From NCBI GenBank assembly GCA_002269645.1, contig NIVC01000713.1, positions 62,001 through 126,000 on the forward strand: a stretch of DNA of 64,000 nt, given 5' to 3'. The notes under the pieces are model-generated. The model saw only the letters and a list, made by a program, of their open reading frames with translations. It was not told the DNA's origin and did no database searches. Made by a program: the position numbers and the translations under genes. This DNA comes from Macrostomum lignano (taxonomy: Eukaryota). Shown piece after piece: positions 13,010-25,500 of the stretch; positions within the stretch are counted from its first letter, which is position 1, and each line of letters starts with the position of its first letter.

Positions 13010-14832
13010 CTGTCTCTCCCAGTTGAGTGGCAAATCGATCCCACAGTTCGACCATCGACAAAATTCGTCTATGGGTGCATGGGCGTTGCTCAGGCAATAG
13101 CGGACGCCTGGAAAAGATGGCTTCTCCCATAAATGTCTATGGCCCAGAGTCTCCGATTTTTCAGCGCTGTGCAAAAAGCAGATCTTTGCAAATTTCGTTT
13201 ACAAAAGCTTTTTCCGTATGCATACAGGTGGATAAAGTGCATCGCGGGAAATAGCATCGTATATTTTAACGAATTAAATTTTTATCACAGAATGACGAAT
13301 TGCTTAGAGTTTTTTATAGGAAGAAGATTCTGGTTTCTTTGTAATTTTCGTCACAATGACAATTTTGGCACATGGATGCCTTTTCTGCAAACATAAACTG
13401 GTGCACACCATCAAAAGAATCTGATAGAAATAAGAAATGATTTAAAGTCTTTTGCTGAAAGTTTAATCCCGTTTGAAAATGCAATAATAATATGTTAGTA
13501 TTACTTACAGTATACAAGAGGGTAAACTACGTATTTCATTATTGTGCATGTATATTTTCGAATTTTCGACTATTATTGTATAAACTATGAGAATGTTTAT
13601 TGAATGATTTACAGTTATAATCTTCAAATACTTGCAGCTAACTCAGACAAGGGAAACTAAGCAAGTTAACGCACCAAGTAAAAACCTATTGGCTCCCATG
13701 CATTGATTTGCGTCTAGTCGGATAAATCATACGAAATCTGCATTGCAGCGGTGCAGTAGTGGCCAAGCATGCGTTACTATTAAGTATTCATACATATTTA
13801 TGCTTTCCAGGTTCCTTGTTCGGCCCATTTAATAAATAGCTAATGCGTGTCAAACGCTCGATACGCGTACGATATAAATATACAACATGGACTTTATATA
13901 GTGTAAGTAAATAATGGATATGGCACGCTGGGCAAGGAAAGATATTCGAGTTTTCAGTCCAGAATTCGTGAATTCTGCAGTAGACTGATATATTCGAAGT
14001 AATTTGCATGGATTAGGCAAGTCTCGGAAAACTTATTATCTTTCACGAAGTATCTTTCAGAGCAATCAAACATGGCTAACTACCAGGAGTCGGTGGTCAC
14101 TAAAGGTCACCAGGTACACGTCTAAATTCGCTCTTCCAAAACTTTCAACAAAAACAGGCAAATAGGTTGCGGTGAATACAAATGGTGCTACACAGTAGCA
14201 TATGGGTCAAGCGTCAGTTGTACGTCGCCCTATTCAGCGCTCCCTGCAGCAGGACTCTCCACCCACTAAATATATAGCCCGTTTCCTCAAACCCGAGTTG
14301 ACCTGCTTCAGATCCAGGACCTGCTGGATCCAACAGGTCCTTATGTAAGGGCGTACACTGCGCACTCCTTTCCCGATTGTTCATGACTCACTATCTTGCC
14401 TCACCAATCATTCATCACTTTACTCCAATATTGACTCACACAAATTAAGTATATTGAGCAGACAAACCCGTACAGTGGCAACCTTTTCGGCACTCAAAAA
14501 TCGCTACCTCCAGGTACATGTTGACACAAAAAGACGCATGATATGATGATTTACTGCGAGCATACGAAAGACAAGCAAGGTGATATTCACCTGAACAGGG
14601 ACAACTAAAACCCTCGGGACGCGAAACGAGCCAATTCATGGCAAAAAAATCTGAGGGGCTCGCTTAAAAGTATTGTTCTATGGCTTTTTCAAGTCTTCTC
14701 TGCTATCAAGCATTAACGATTAGATTAAATAGTAAAGCGAGGCAATGTCGAGTATTTAATTTAAAGAATAGGAACCAGTGATATAATTACAATGTATTTA
14801 CAATAAAGTAACCGCCATATCAACAAAAAACC

Positions 14833-14970
14833 CAACGGCAAGAAGATAAAGGATGAAAGCGAAGATGAAACTCCAACGGCAAGAAGATAATTAGGATGAA
14901 AGCGAAGATGAAACTCCAACGGCAAGAAGATAAAGGATGAAAGCGAAGATGAAACTCCAACGGCAAGAAA
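14833..14970. repeat. 41-42 bp tandem repeat, ~3 copies
   Basis: CAACGGCAAGAAGATAAAGGATGAAAGCGAAGATGAAACTC repeated. Confidence 0.85.
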
Positions 14971-16759
14971 ATAGAAGCAAATACGGAACTCCAAAGACAA
15001 GACGACACACACAGTCAGTAGCTCGTACATAAAGGAAACGCTGGAACTTCACCTACTGAGCATCTAACTTCCGAAGCTTTCTATCATGGGATGTCGTCGG
15101 TATTGGTGGGAGTTTTGACGAGCGTCTTACTAGTCCTTTGAAAAAAACGTTGGCTAGCCGACGGGACACACTGTCCATGCTGAACTGTGTCTTAGTTGGA
15201 AAGTAAAAGTCCTTAATAACATAAAACAGCTTCTGCACGCGCACGTAGGAGAGTGCAGAATAAAACTGCTGTAGCAGAGACAGGATAAGTCTAACAGCCA
15301 TTGTAGACAAGTTGTGGCTAGAATGGTGTACAAAGCCGATGCTCAGAAATATAAGACATTTCACACTTAGAAAATGCATGTATCAAATAAGCAAGACAAC
15401 ATCGCTCAGTCACCAGACTCAGTTGCCGTGGTCGATACACAACTTGTGCCATAGACTAAAAAGCTTGGTGACCGGAGGGGGTGGGTGGATTCTAAAAATC
15501 TGCTTCAAATTTTCATCCTTATTGGCACTCTATACTAGGCGACCTCATACTCTTTGGTTTTAATTGTCCCTGCACCTGAATCTACTGTAAAGAGACCATT
15601 GGTTTTCAGACGCGTTGCTAACCATCTAGCTGTCTGAGAAATGCTACACTCGCATAAAATACACTCGTAGCTTCATAGGCGTGCAGACCGAGAGGGAGAG
15701 AACGATAGAGGCATGCCTGGAATTCGTCTCACACCCGGTTTATCAGCTGTTTGGTCAATAAAAAACGACCCGCCGAAAAACGACTTCTCTCGGTAGCCTC
15801 CAAAACCTCGGCAAATTACTTACGTTCTCCCCTTTGCCTCATCTTGCCCTGCTGCCCGCGAGATGGAGGCACAGTATAAAGGTACCGGATACTTTGTTCG
15901 CCAGCATACTTTTCCCCCTATACGACGTAGCTGTCCGCGCAGTCCATTGCCGCGCCATTGCCAAACTTGGCTAGCGATTGTCCGACTGCGGATGCAACAC
16001 AGGCCATGGTTGACCCCCAGTCCCTGCCTTATCCAACACGGGCAACAATTTAGACATTCGAATCATCCTCTCTCTCTGCATGAACCTGGCCTCCGCTTCT
16101 CTACCTGCAGCAGCGCTTGCATCCTTGATCAACCCACGCAGTCTGTTAGCTACTGTCCGAACTGCATGGTCTCTTCCCTTGCGTCGAATTCGCTAACGGA
16201 GCTACCGGGCCCTCCATGGCGCCAGTTCACCTTCCCACTCCGTTCGCTTTGTACCAGGCCAGGTACGTCAAGAGGGGCGGGAGGTGGTCAGGAAGGTTCG
16301 AAGTGGGGCAGAGAGTTTGAGGCCTCTCTCATGCGCGCCGCTAGTTTTGGGGTAGAAAACGGTTAGAGCGTTCGCCTCGCCGGGACAGCCTACAGGGGGG
16401 ATTTTAGGGCACGATTCGAAACAGTATATAAACGGAAAATTCTCCCTGCGTAAAACCTGTATTTCGGCCTCTACATTTATCTCCGTCTTTCTTACCCCAG
16501 TCGTTTTCCCTTCCCTTACCTTTTTCTAACCTCACAGCGAATCGCGCCCTAACCTCTTTCCCATTGTGGCAGACGGTTTCCCGAATCAGCGGCATCGCCC
16601 ACCTAGTTTCCTGGGTTTGTCTGAATTCCTTCGGCCCTCTTTGTTTAAATCCAGCATCCTATTTAAGTGTTCCAAGACCCATACGGCTAAGCTTAGTTGA
16701 GAAAGCCTCAAAATCGCCAGCTCAACACAGTAGCCAATAGGGGTTTCCTACAGGACCCA

Positions 16760-19457
16760 ATGACCGACCAGCAAGCAGATAGTTACTCATCGTGCGTTCA
16801 GCCTCCAGCACAGATCGCAGCCGAGACCGGACCAGCCGATTCGCCGATTGAGGAGGGCCAAGCGCTGATCGACGACTCGGCTCAGCCTTCTACGATCGAC
16901 CCGAGCCAATCCAACGCGGAATCCGAGAGAGAAGAAGCAGTTTCAGCCGAGGCAGCATCAGCAACAGAAGACTCAGAAGCAGAAGCAGAAGCCGAAGCGG
17001 GAGCAATAGCTGTTGCTGAGGATGCTGCCACTGCTCGCGGCCGTATTAAGACCAGCACAACTGTGCGCAAAACCGAAAGAAGCATCGCCGTGAGGCACAC
17101 ACTGACTAGCGACGGACCCGACGGTCAACTGGATCCCAAACTGCTTCAGTGGCTCATGGAGAATCCTGGTGCTGAGCTGCCCCAGGAGCTTGTGGAAAGC
17201 GTCGGAGGCATAAAAAACGTGTCGAGTGAGTTGATCAAGGCTGAGAAAGTTGTGCGCACGAGAGTCAACACGGCCGAGGAGAATTACGAGACCGATAGTG
17301 CGGGCAAGAGGAAAATTCTTACTCGGGACACGTCAGTCTCCGAGACTACGGAAACTGAGACTACCACGGCACCGTTTGTGATGCCAGTTGAACCGCCTCC
17401 AGCCATCCAAGCACAGCCGGCCGCTAGTACAGAGCAGCCGAAGCACGCTCACGATGATCTTTGCATCGAGGAAGAAAACCGAGCAGCCGCCATTGTCGCC
17501 TCCGCCGACGATACAGCCAGTCAGCAAGAGCATCAGGCGCAGCAGCAGAACCAAACGCAGCAGCTAGGACGCGACCTTCCGAAACTTCAAATGCCTCCAC
17601 CGTCTGTAGAACCACCATCATCAACCTCCGCCGTCTCAGTCATAGCTCCTCCCCCTACGGCACCCGTCGTCTCAGCGAACTCAATTGCAGCCCAGTTTAA
17701 CAAAATCGCCCGACTAACGCCAAGAACGCCGCGGACGAAAGCTTTTCAGTTTCCAGCGTCTGGGGGTAGTGGTTTGACTTTAGCAGCCTCTGGTGTCGCA
17801 ACCACCACCCCCGGCTCAGCCAGGCCCAGTCAGGAGAACATCGAGCCCGAAACTGCAGTTGCCAGCGGTGAAGACGCAGCTGCCGCCTCCGGAGACGTTT
17901 TTTCTTCCTCGCCACCGCCAACGTCGACCCCGCAGCAGCTGTGTGCCGCGAAGCCGGTGGTTGGAGCGGAGCTGCCGCAGGGCGGACAGAGGCAGCAATC
18001 GCCCGCTGGAGTTGTTGGAAAGGCCTCGTCAATGCTGGCCTCGCAGCTCAAGCGACCTGGAATTAAACTGTTCGGTCACCAACAACATGCTCAGCAGCAA
18101 CAGAAACAACAGCAGAAACGATCGCAGTCTCCGATGGCTTCGCAAAATCAGCAACAACATCTTCAGCAGCATCAGCAGCTGCAGCAGCATCACTATCGAC
18201 AGCTAAGTGACGATGTTTCGAAATCATCGGTCGCCTCGGCCACCGTCAGTTCGAGTGGCGCCGGCCCTTTGACGGATCGTGGCAGCGCTTCGCCGTTGCT
18301 GGCCCGGCCGTACGTCAACCGCAGCCGGAGTGCGGCGAGCACCCTGCCGTCCAGGCTGCGCAGCCGATTCGCGCATCACTCGTTGCTCGTCAGCTCCGAT
18401 TCTGTCGGCGGCGGTGGCAGCGGCAGTGGAGGAGGTTCGGGTAAGTGAGAGTGTCCTGTGCACGTATACAGCGAATTGATGTTGGTGCCTTTGTTTTGTT
18501 TGTCCATCTGCAACTCGAATTCAGAGCAGTCTGATTGGAGCTCTTCACATCAACTTGCCTGCAATCTTTGAATTCGTTAAACTTTGTTGAGTAAACCTCT
18601 TTATGGACCATCATGTCACTTCAGAATCAGGCAACAAATAAGAAAAAATGAAGGTCTCATCAATGTAAAGCACAATAGCCTGCGTGAAGACGCTAGAATT
18701 TTGTAAGCTTGAGACGGAAACAATCTGCAATGCAAATGTAGACACGTCCACACGTCCAACGCTAATCATGCAATCTAAAATCTAGCCGAGGCTATTTTGA
18801 CACACTTAATTAACAAAATGGACCAGGATTTACAATAATTCCGATTGGCAGAAAGCGACGAACAGCTGGCGCCGGCAGTGGAATCGGCTGAATTTGACGA
18901 ATCAGCAGAAGCTTCGGTTGATGCTCAGGGCGACGATGAGGCGGGAAGTTCGACAGGAGAAAGAGTGCCTCCGCCTCCGCCGCCGCCGCCGCCACCGCCG
19001 CCTCCGCCTCCGCCGCCTCCGCCTCCGCCGCCGCCGCCGCCGCCGCCTCCAAGGGTAAGATAATTTATTGTAGCGTCCTTTTACGAGCTACTTCAATTGT
19101 CTGTGTGTATGAGTGCCTGTCTGTGTACAGGATCCGCGCTCTTTTTCGTGCTCAGAAATCAGCAAAACGGTCAGAATTGCCTCAACGCTGTTTGTAGGAT
19201 GATTTCGTCGAAGAAAGGCCACACCGTAGCATAAATACTTCAAAAACACAAGCCAATGATAATTGCAAAACTTTCGCAGAGATTTATCATTAAATGGTAT
19301 TCCTTGTGCCCCGCGGATGTCCGAATGAAAAAAAAAAACACATCAGGACCACCGCTAAGAGAGGGCATTCCTTGCTCCGTATCGAGTTTCACTTTTTCCT
19401 GAGGCCTGAGAGGGAACTGCTGGGCGGTAGGTCGCTTCCTACTCTCCCCCTCTTCCC

Positions 19458-19516
<59 letters not shown>

Positions 19517-22500
19517 GGGATATTGGCGTCTTTCTTCAGTAAAACTCAAGCTACTCTATGCGGAAAGTCCGTATAATATCTCTTGCTGGTGCGCTATGGA
19601 GCACTAGGATTCAATATCTGGATGTGAAGAAACAGTGCTCTCGTAACTGGAGACTGGAAAACAGACAAAACGAAAGTCAAGCTTGTCAACTATATTCGAA
19701 CCACGCTACACCCAGAAATTTTTTCTGTTTAACGTTCATAGTCGAAACCGGATAGCTTAACTTTAAACTCGGTATCGCAAGAATGTGATTTTACGCTCGT
19801 GGTATTATTCACAACTCGAATCTTGTTGTCCTACCCCAATGACTTTAGACAAATCCAGCCTACATAAACTGTAAAAAAGCATCTTGAAAATTAGTTTTGA
19901 TTGGATTCTAACAAAAATCTATTGCATTATCATTGCCATAGAAATTTTAAGTTACCTTAAGGTACATCCTTGATGCTCCTACTCCAGATTTATATACACT
20001 GCGGACCTCCATGGTCCTTCGGCGGCAAAAGTGGGTAGCCAGTGGAAGGAAAAGCATTTTGTTTTTGTAGTTGAAACTCGAATATGCAGATACAAAGCTC
20101 TTAAGGCTTGCAAAGGCCCGAGTAGAACTTGGAGGGGGAGTGGGTTGGCCGGCCGTATGACTGGATGGAGCGTGAAATTGAACCCTTGACGACCGTTTCG
20201 AAAGTTCTCTTGGGAGTATGCTTGGGGTAGGGGAGAAGGAAGGAGAGTGCAAGCTTGCGGATAGAGTCAGAGACTGCTATTAACAAGGATGCCTCAAGTT
20301 AGAAATCTGGACTAGCCAACAATACTCTGAGGGTTCTACGTTCGTATTTTGTGATTTAAAGTTGAAGAATTCTTCATTGGAGAAATTCAATGGCCTTGTA
20401 GGGGTGCACTCTGTAGCTGGCGCCCCCTCTGTAGCTGGCGCCCCCTCTGTAGCTGGCACCCCCTCTGAAGCTGACACTCCTCTGTAGCTGGCGCCCCCTC
20501 TGTAGCTGGCGCCCCCTCTGTAGCTGGCGCCCCCTCTGTAGCTGGCACCCCCTCTGAAGCTGACACTCCTCTGTAGCTGGCGTAAATAGGCTTCAGAGAG
20601 ATGCACAACTCCGTAAGCTACGTAGGTTTCATAGAGATGCACAGTTTCGTATACTTCAAAGAGACGCACAACTCCGTAGGTTCCGTGGGTTTCAGAGACA
20701 GGCGCAGTTCCGTATGCTTCAGAGAGAGGCGCAGTTCCGTATGCTTCAGAGAGAGGCGCAGTTCCGTATGCTTCAGAGAGAGGCGCAGTTCTGTGGGTTT
20801 CAGAGAGAGGCGCAGTTCCGTATGCTTCAGAGAGAGGCGCAGTTCCGTATGCTTCAGACAGTTCCGTATGCTTCAGAGAGAGGCGCAGTTCCGTATGCTT
20901 CAGACAGTTCCGTATGCTTCAGAGAGAGGCGCAGTTCCGTATGCTTCAGACAGTTCCGTATGCTTCAGAGAGAGGCACAGTTCCGTAGGTTTCAAACGAA
21001 GCCCAGCAAATTCGAAGTTCCGAAGAAGTACAGAGGAACGGTAGTCTTGCGATCGAGCAATCAGTTGGGTTACCCGAATAATGAACCTGTAGAGTGGAGG
21101 GCAATTCACCTGGCTATGGGCGCAGCTATTTCTTAGAAGCCCACCCCAAAGACGAAGCTTACACTTCCAGCCACTCGCCTCACATCCACTGATATCCGCG
21201 TGCCTAGCAATTCCTAGAAAACTATGAAGGTATAGCTGTCAATCATCGAGAGCCGAAATCCGTTTCTTATCACACTGGATAGGCCTTCTGTTCCATTAAA
21301 AAGGCCTAAGCTTGGGCGGCGGACAGCTTTCTCTGTTTAGTTCCGCTCGCACCGCAGACTTGCATAGGAAGAGCGGCCAATACGCTAATGAAAAACAAAA
21401 ATCTATATAATGTATATACGAGAAACGATCAGGAGAGAAAGTCGTCGTTTGGACACCAGCCTGTCAATCCGAAGTCGACAAGCTATAGAAGAGAGATTAA
21501 AAGCTGAATTAGACTAAACTACCCGGATGTCACTCTTATAGTGGATCGAACCGTCTTTAAAGCATTTTGTTTGTCTGAGGTAGTACGAGTAGATATTGCA
21601 GCGGATGTCTTACAAACTAACTGAATGTGCATAGAGCAAAAACGAAATAATTAATGCCGAATGGATGACTTTTAAAGCCTGTTTAACAAGCTTTATAACT
21701 TTGAAGAGCTTTCTCGACTTAAAGGTCGTATGGGCTTACATGGATTTAAACGCTAATGACGCTAATGACATCATTCCTTCTTATCAAATTAGCGTCACAC
21801 TGCATTCTGACAAATTAGTAGCACCCATTCTAACCCTAATGGTTCATTTAACCTATGTAAATCGCAGGACAAACGATTTCACATCGTGATGGAACTGGTC
21901 GACGTAGAAAAGGAATACGTTGAATCGTTGCAGACTCTTGTAGAGGTAAGTGAATTCTTAATTTTGACAGCTACTCAATGCAATTCCAAGGACAACTAAA
22001 GTAGAAGAACGCAAAACTCGAAATATACGGTAAATGTTTTGAAGGCAACTTTTCGCCGGAAAATACACTACAGAGATAGAAAGTTTTAATTTTTTCAACA
22101 CAAAAATTGTTATTGCTTTTGATAGGAGGCAGATCCAGTGTTTATCTTTTGATATGTTGTGCCTTTCTTATTGCTCTATCGATATTCATAAAGATTTTCG
22201 TTCAGAAATAGTTTTAAAGGCACATTTAATTGTGTCTGTCACTTGAAATAAACGTTTAAAATAATGACAAGATCAATTTAACATGAAAAATCGATTAATG
22301 CGTCGTTGGAGCAGCATGTGAGGCACAAAATAGTGTGATTAAGACTTTCTCTGACACTGTTAAGAGACTCAATCACTGTTTTAGTGTTGAAAATCGTGGA
22401 ATTTCCTATCTCTGTAGTGTATTTTTCCGGTGAAACCGGCCTTTAAAACTATTTCTGAACGAAAAGCTTTATGAATATCGATAGAGCAATAAGAAAGGCA

Positions 22501-25500
22501 CAACAAATCAAAAGATGAACACTGGAGCTGCCTCCTATCAAAAGCAATAACAATTTTAGTGCTGAAAAAATTAAAACCTCCTATCTCTGTAGTGTATTTT
22601 TTCGGCAAAAAGTTGCCTTTAAAACATTTACCACAGATTTTGAGTGTAGCGTCCTATATATATGTTACTGGAGTAGTCCTTGTGTAATTCAAAGGATGAC
22701 GGAACAAAAGCTAACTGCCATTATTTGATCAATCCAGAAGTACATCATCCCCTTGAAAGTGACCGGCGTCCTCGATTCGAACGTTGTTGACGAAATCTTC
22801 TACCGCGTACCGGAGATGTACGCGCATCATTCGATATTTCTCAACATGCTTGAGAGCTCGTGGACCAATTGGACCGATGAGACTGCTATAGGTGACCAGA
22901 TCTCTGCAATGGTGAGTGCACGTGTCCTTGTTGTCTTGCACGTATAGAGTGCAGAAAGTAGAAATTGACAAACTAGTAGTCAGTGGGTCTGTAACAGAGA
23001 GGTTAATGCGTCCGAATCTCCGAGTCAGAGTGCGTGCTGTACAATTTTTTTATTGTGTGTTCACGGTTACATCCAATTAGGGCTCGGTTCACAAAATTAC
23101 TGGTCTTGAGGAGGCTTGTTGTGCGTTTCGCATCCTTGAGAGCCAAACCACAATGGCATAGAGATGGATTAATAATGAGAGAGGCATGACTGCTGTACAC
23201 CTTGTGAGAGCGTGTGTCTGCGCATGTATGGACACGGGTGCGTCAGTGTGCTCAGGGTTCACGGGAACACGTAACACTGCTTGTCTCCACGCTGGCCTTC
23301 GCACGCAATCGCAAGAGGGTTTTGGGTACCCTGAAGTAATGCCTTCGGCCACATCATCCCGCAACCAACCAGCGTTGAAGGAGCACTGCTCATTCCGCTG
23401 ACTCCTGTGCATATACAAGCGCGCCAATTGTGTCATCCACGCGCTCAAAGGCACGCACTCATACACGCGCTCATAGGCACGCACTCATACACGCGCTCAC
23501 CAAGGTGTAGAGCGGCCCTAACTTTCTAATCGTCAGGTATGCACACTCTGTGCCTTGGGGGTTGGTGTAAATCGTACGGCAACCCCCTGGTCAACGTTTT
23601 GTGCACAAGCCCCAAAGAAGGCCGAGAACAGAATCGAACAGGGGTCGTGATGCGAGGTTCAGACATGCTTACAGCTGAGTTGCTCGGCTCGACTGCAAGG
23701 TCTACTAATATATGATACTACTACTATTATATTAGTCCAGAAGTCCACAAAAATCTTGTTTAATTTTTTCCATGATACGTGGTACCAACTTAAAAATTCT
23801 CTTTTTTTCGTTCCATTTCGTCGAAATGCTGTCAAGTGGTTAAACGTTTGCACTGTTGCATGAAGTTTGAATTATCCCGACGAAATGAATATCCATCCCC
23901 CCCCAACGATTTCAGTTCCGAAAAGAGAGCATTACCGAGTGCTACTGCGCCTACATTGAAAATTTCAACCGTTCCGAGAAAGCGCTGGAGACCGCACTTC
24001 AGCAGAAGTCGTCGTTTCAACGATTTGTTGAGGTATAAGTCCTGTCCATCATTTAGTTGTCTTGTTTGTGTAAATTTACTTTGATTTGTTTAATTTGTGT
24101 ATGCCGTGTTTTGTTCACATTCATGCTTGTTCAGTAGGATTGTTGGCTTGCTTTACTACTTTAATGTTCGGTCGGCTATCTTTAATGGCTGGCTGTTAAT
24201 TGGTTGGTTGGTTTGTTGTTGGTCGTTGTTAGTTGATTGTTGATCGGTTGGTTGGTTGATTGGTTCATTAATTGGTTGTTGATCGGTTGGTTGCTGTGAA
24301 GAGTCAGTTCGTTGGTTCGTTTCTGCATTGACCTTTCCTTGGTTGCTTTTTGCCTGTTTAGAAGGGCAGGTTTCTTTGGTTATTGGTTAATTGTTTGCGT
24401 AGCCGTTTGGCGCAGTGCATAACAACTGACAACTGGCTTTATGCCCTCTGTGCCGGAAAATTTTTGCAGCAAATCCAGCGTGAAAACAAGCGCCGACTGC
24501 CACTAAAATCGCTGATTATCAAACCGGTTCAGCGAGTCCCGAGATACGAACTGCTGCTACGGGTAAGGGAGTTTGATTTTCTCTTGTAATTAAAAATCTA
24601 GCAATGAATTGAAGACGGTCAGTCCTCGAATTACAACCACTAAAAATAGTTTCCTTCCAAAAAAGGCTTCTGAAAATTGAGCTAGCTGGTAGAAGCCCTT
24701 CAAATTTGATTAATGTTATTCTGACATGTCCAAATTTGGATAAGTTTTAAAGAGTTAGTTTCATTGAAATAGGCCTAAGAGTACGGCTTCTACATCGCAT
24801 CAATTTGGATTTCTCGCTAATGCCTTAACAACAAATCTGCTATAGCGTCATCTTATTAGTCATAGTGCTAGATGTCCTATTGACAGAATGTCTTGTATTC
24901 ACGATCACTTCGCTACCTTGACAGAGACTGATCGAGCACACTCCGTCAACGCATCCGGACAGCGAGCAGCTTAAACAGGCCGAAGCTGTTGTACACGAAC
25001 TCGCGCTTAAAATCAACTCATTGAAAGAGTCGCAACATTCGGAAGGCGCTATGGAGAGCATGCGATTGCTGGAGAATCTGCTGCTGCTCACCGATGTGAG
25101 TCCTGCGGGGTTACTGGGAGCTTTTGGCCCATTTGTTGAAGTGGATCTCGATGGCGATTTTATGGCGATTTTATGATGATCTTAGGTGCACACTATGGTT
25201 TCTAGAGTGCCTGTTGGTCTTGGCTGATGTAATTAGGTATGTAATGAGTTAAAAATACACTGGCGCAACGCCTTCGATGACATCGTCCACAATGAGCTTT
25301 GAGACAATCCTGCCCGTTCCGCTGACACCTGAGCACATGCAAGCACGCCAATCATACACATACACATCATACACTCATACACATCATACACATCATACAC
25401 ATACACATCATACACTCATACACATCATACACATCATACACATACACATCATACACTCATACACATCATACACTCATACACATCATACAGATACACATCA

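Noticed and set aside
14598-14635. Hammerhead ribozyme-like CTGA...CGAAAC
   Set aside because: The core reads CTGAACA rather than CTGANGA and stem II does not close properly. No other CTGATGA site had a matching GAAA.
15863-16366. 167-aa ORF upstream of ARHGEF17
   Set aside because: No recognisable motif or splice signals; it could be TE-derived, but I cannot support a call.
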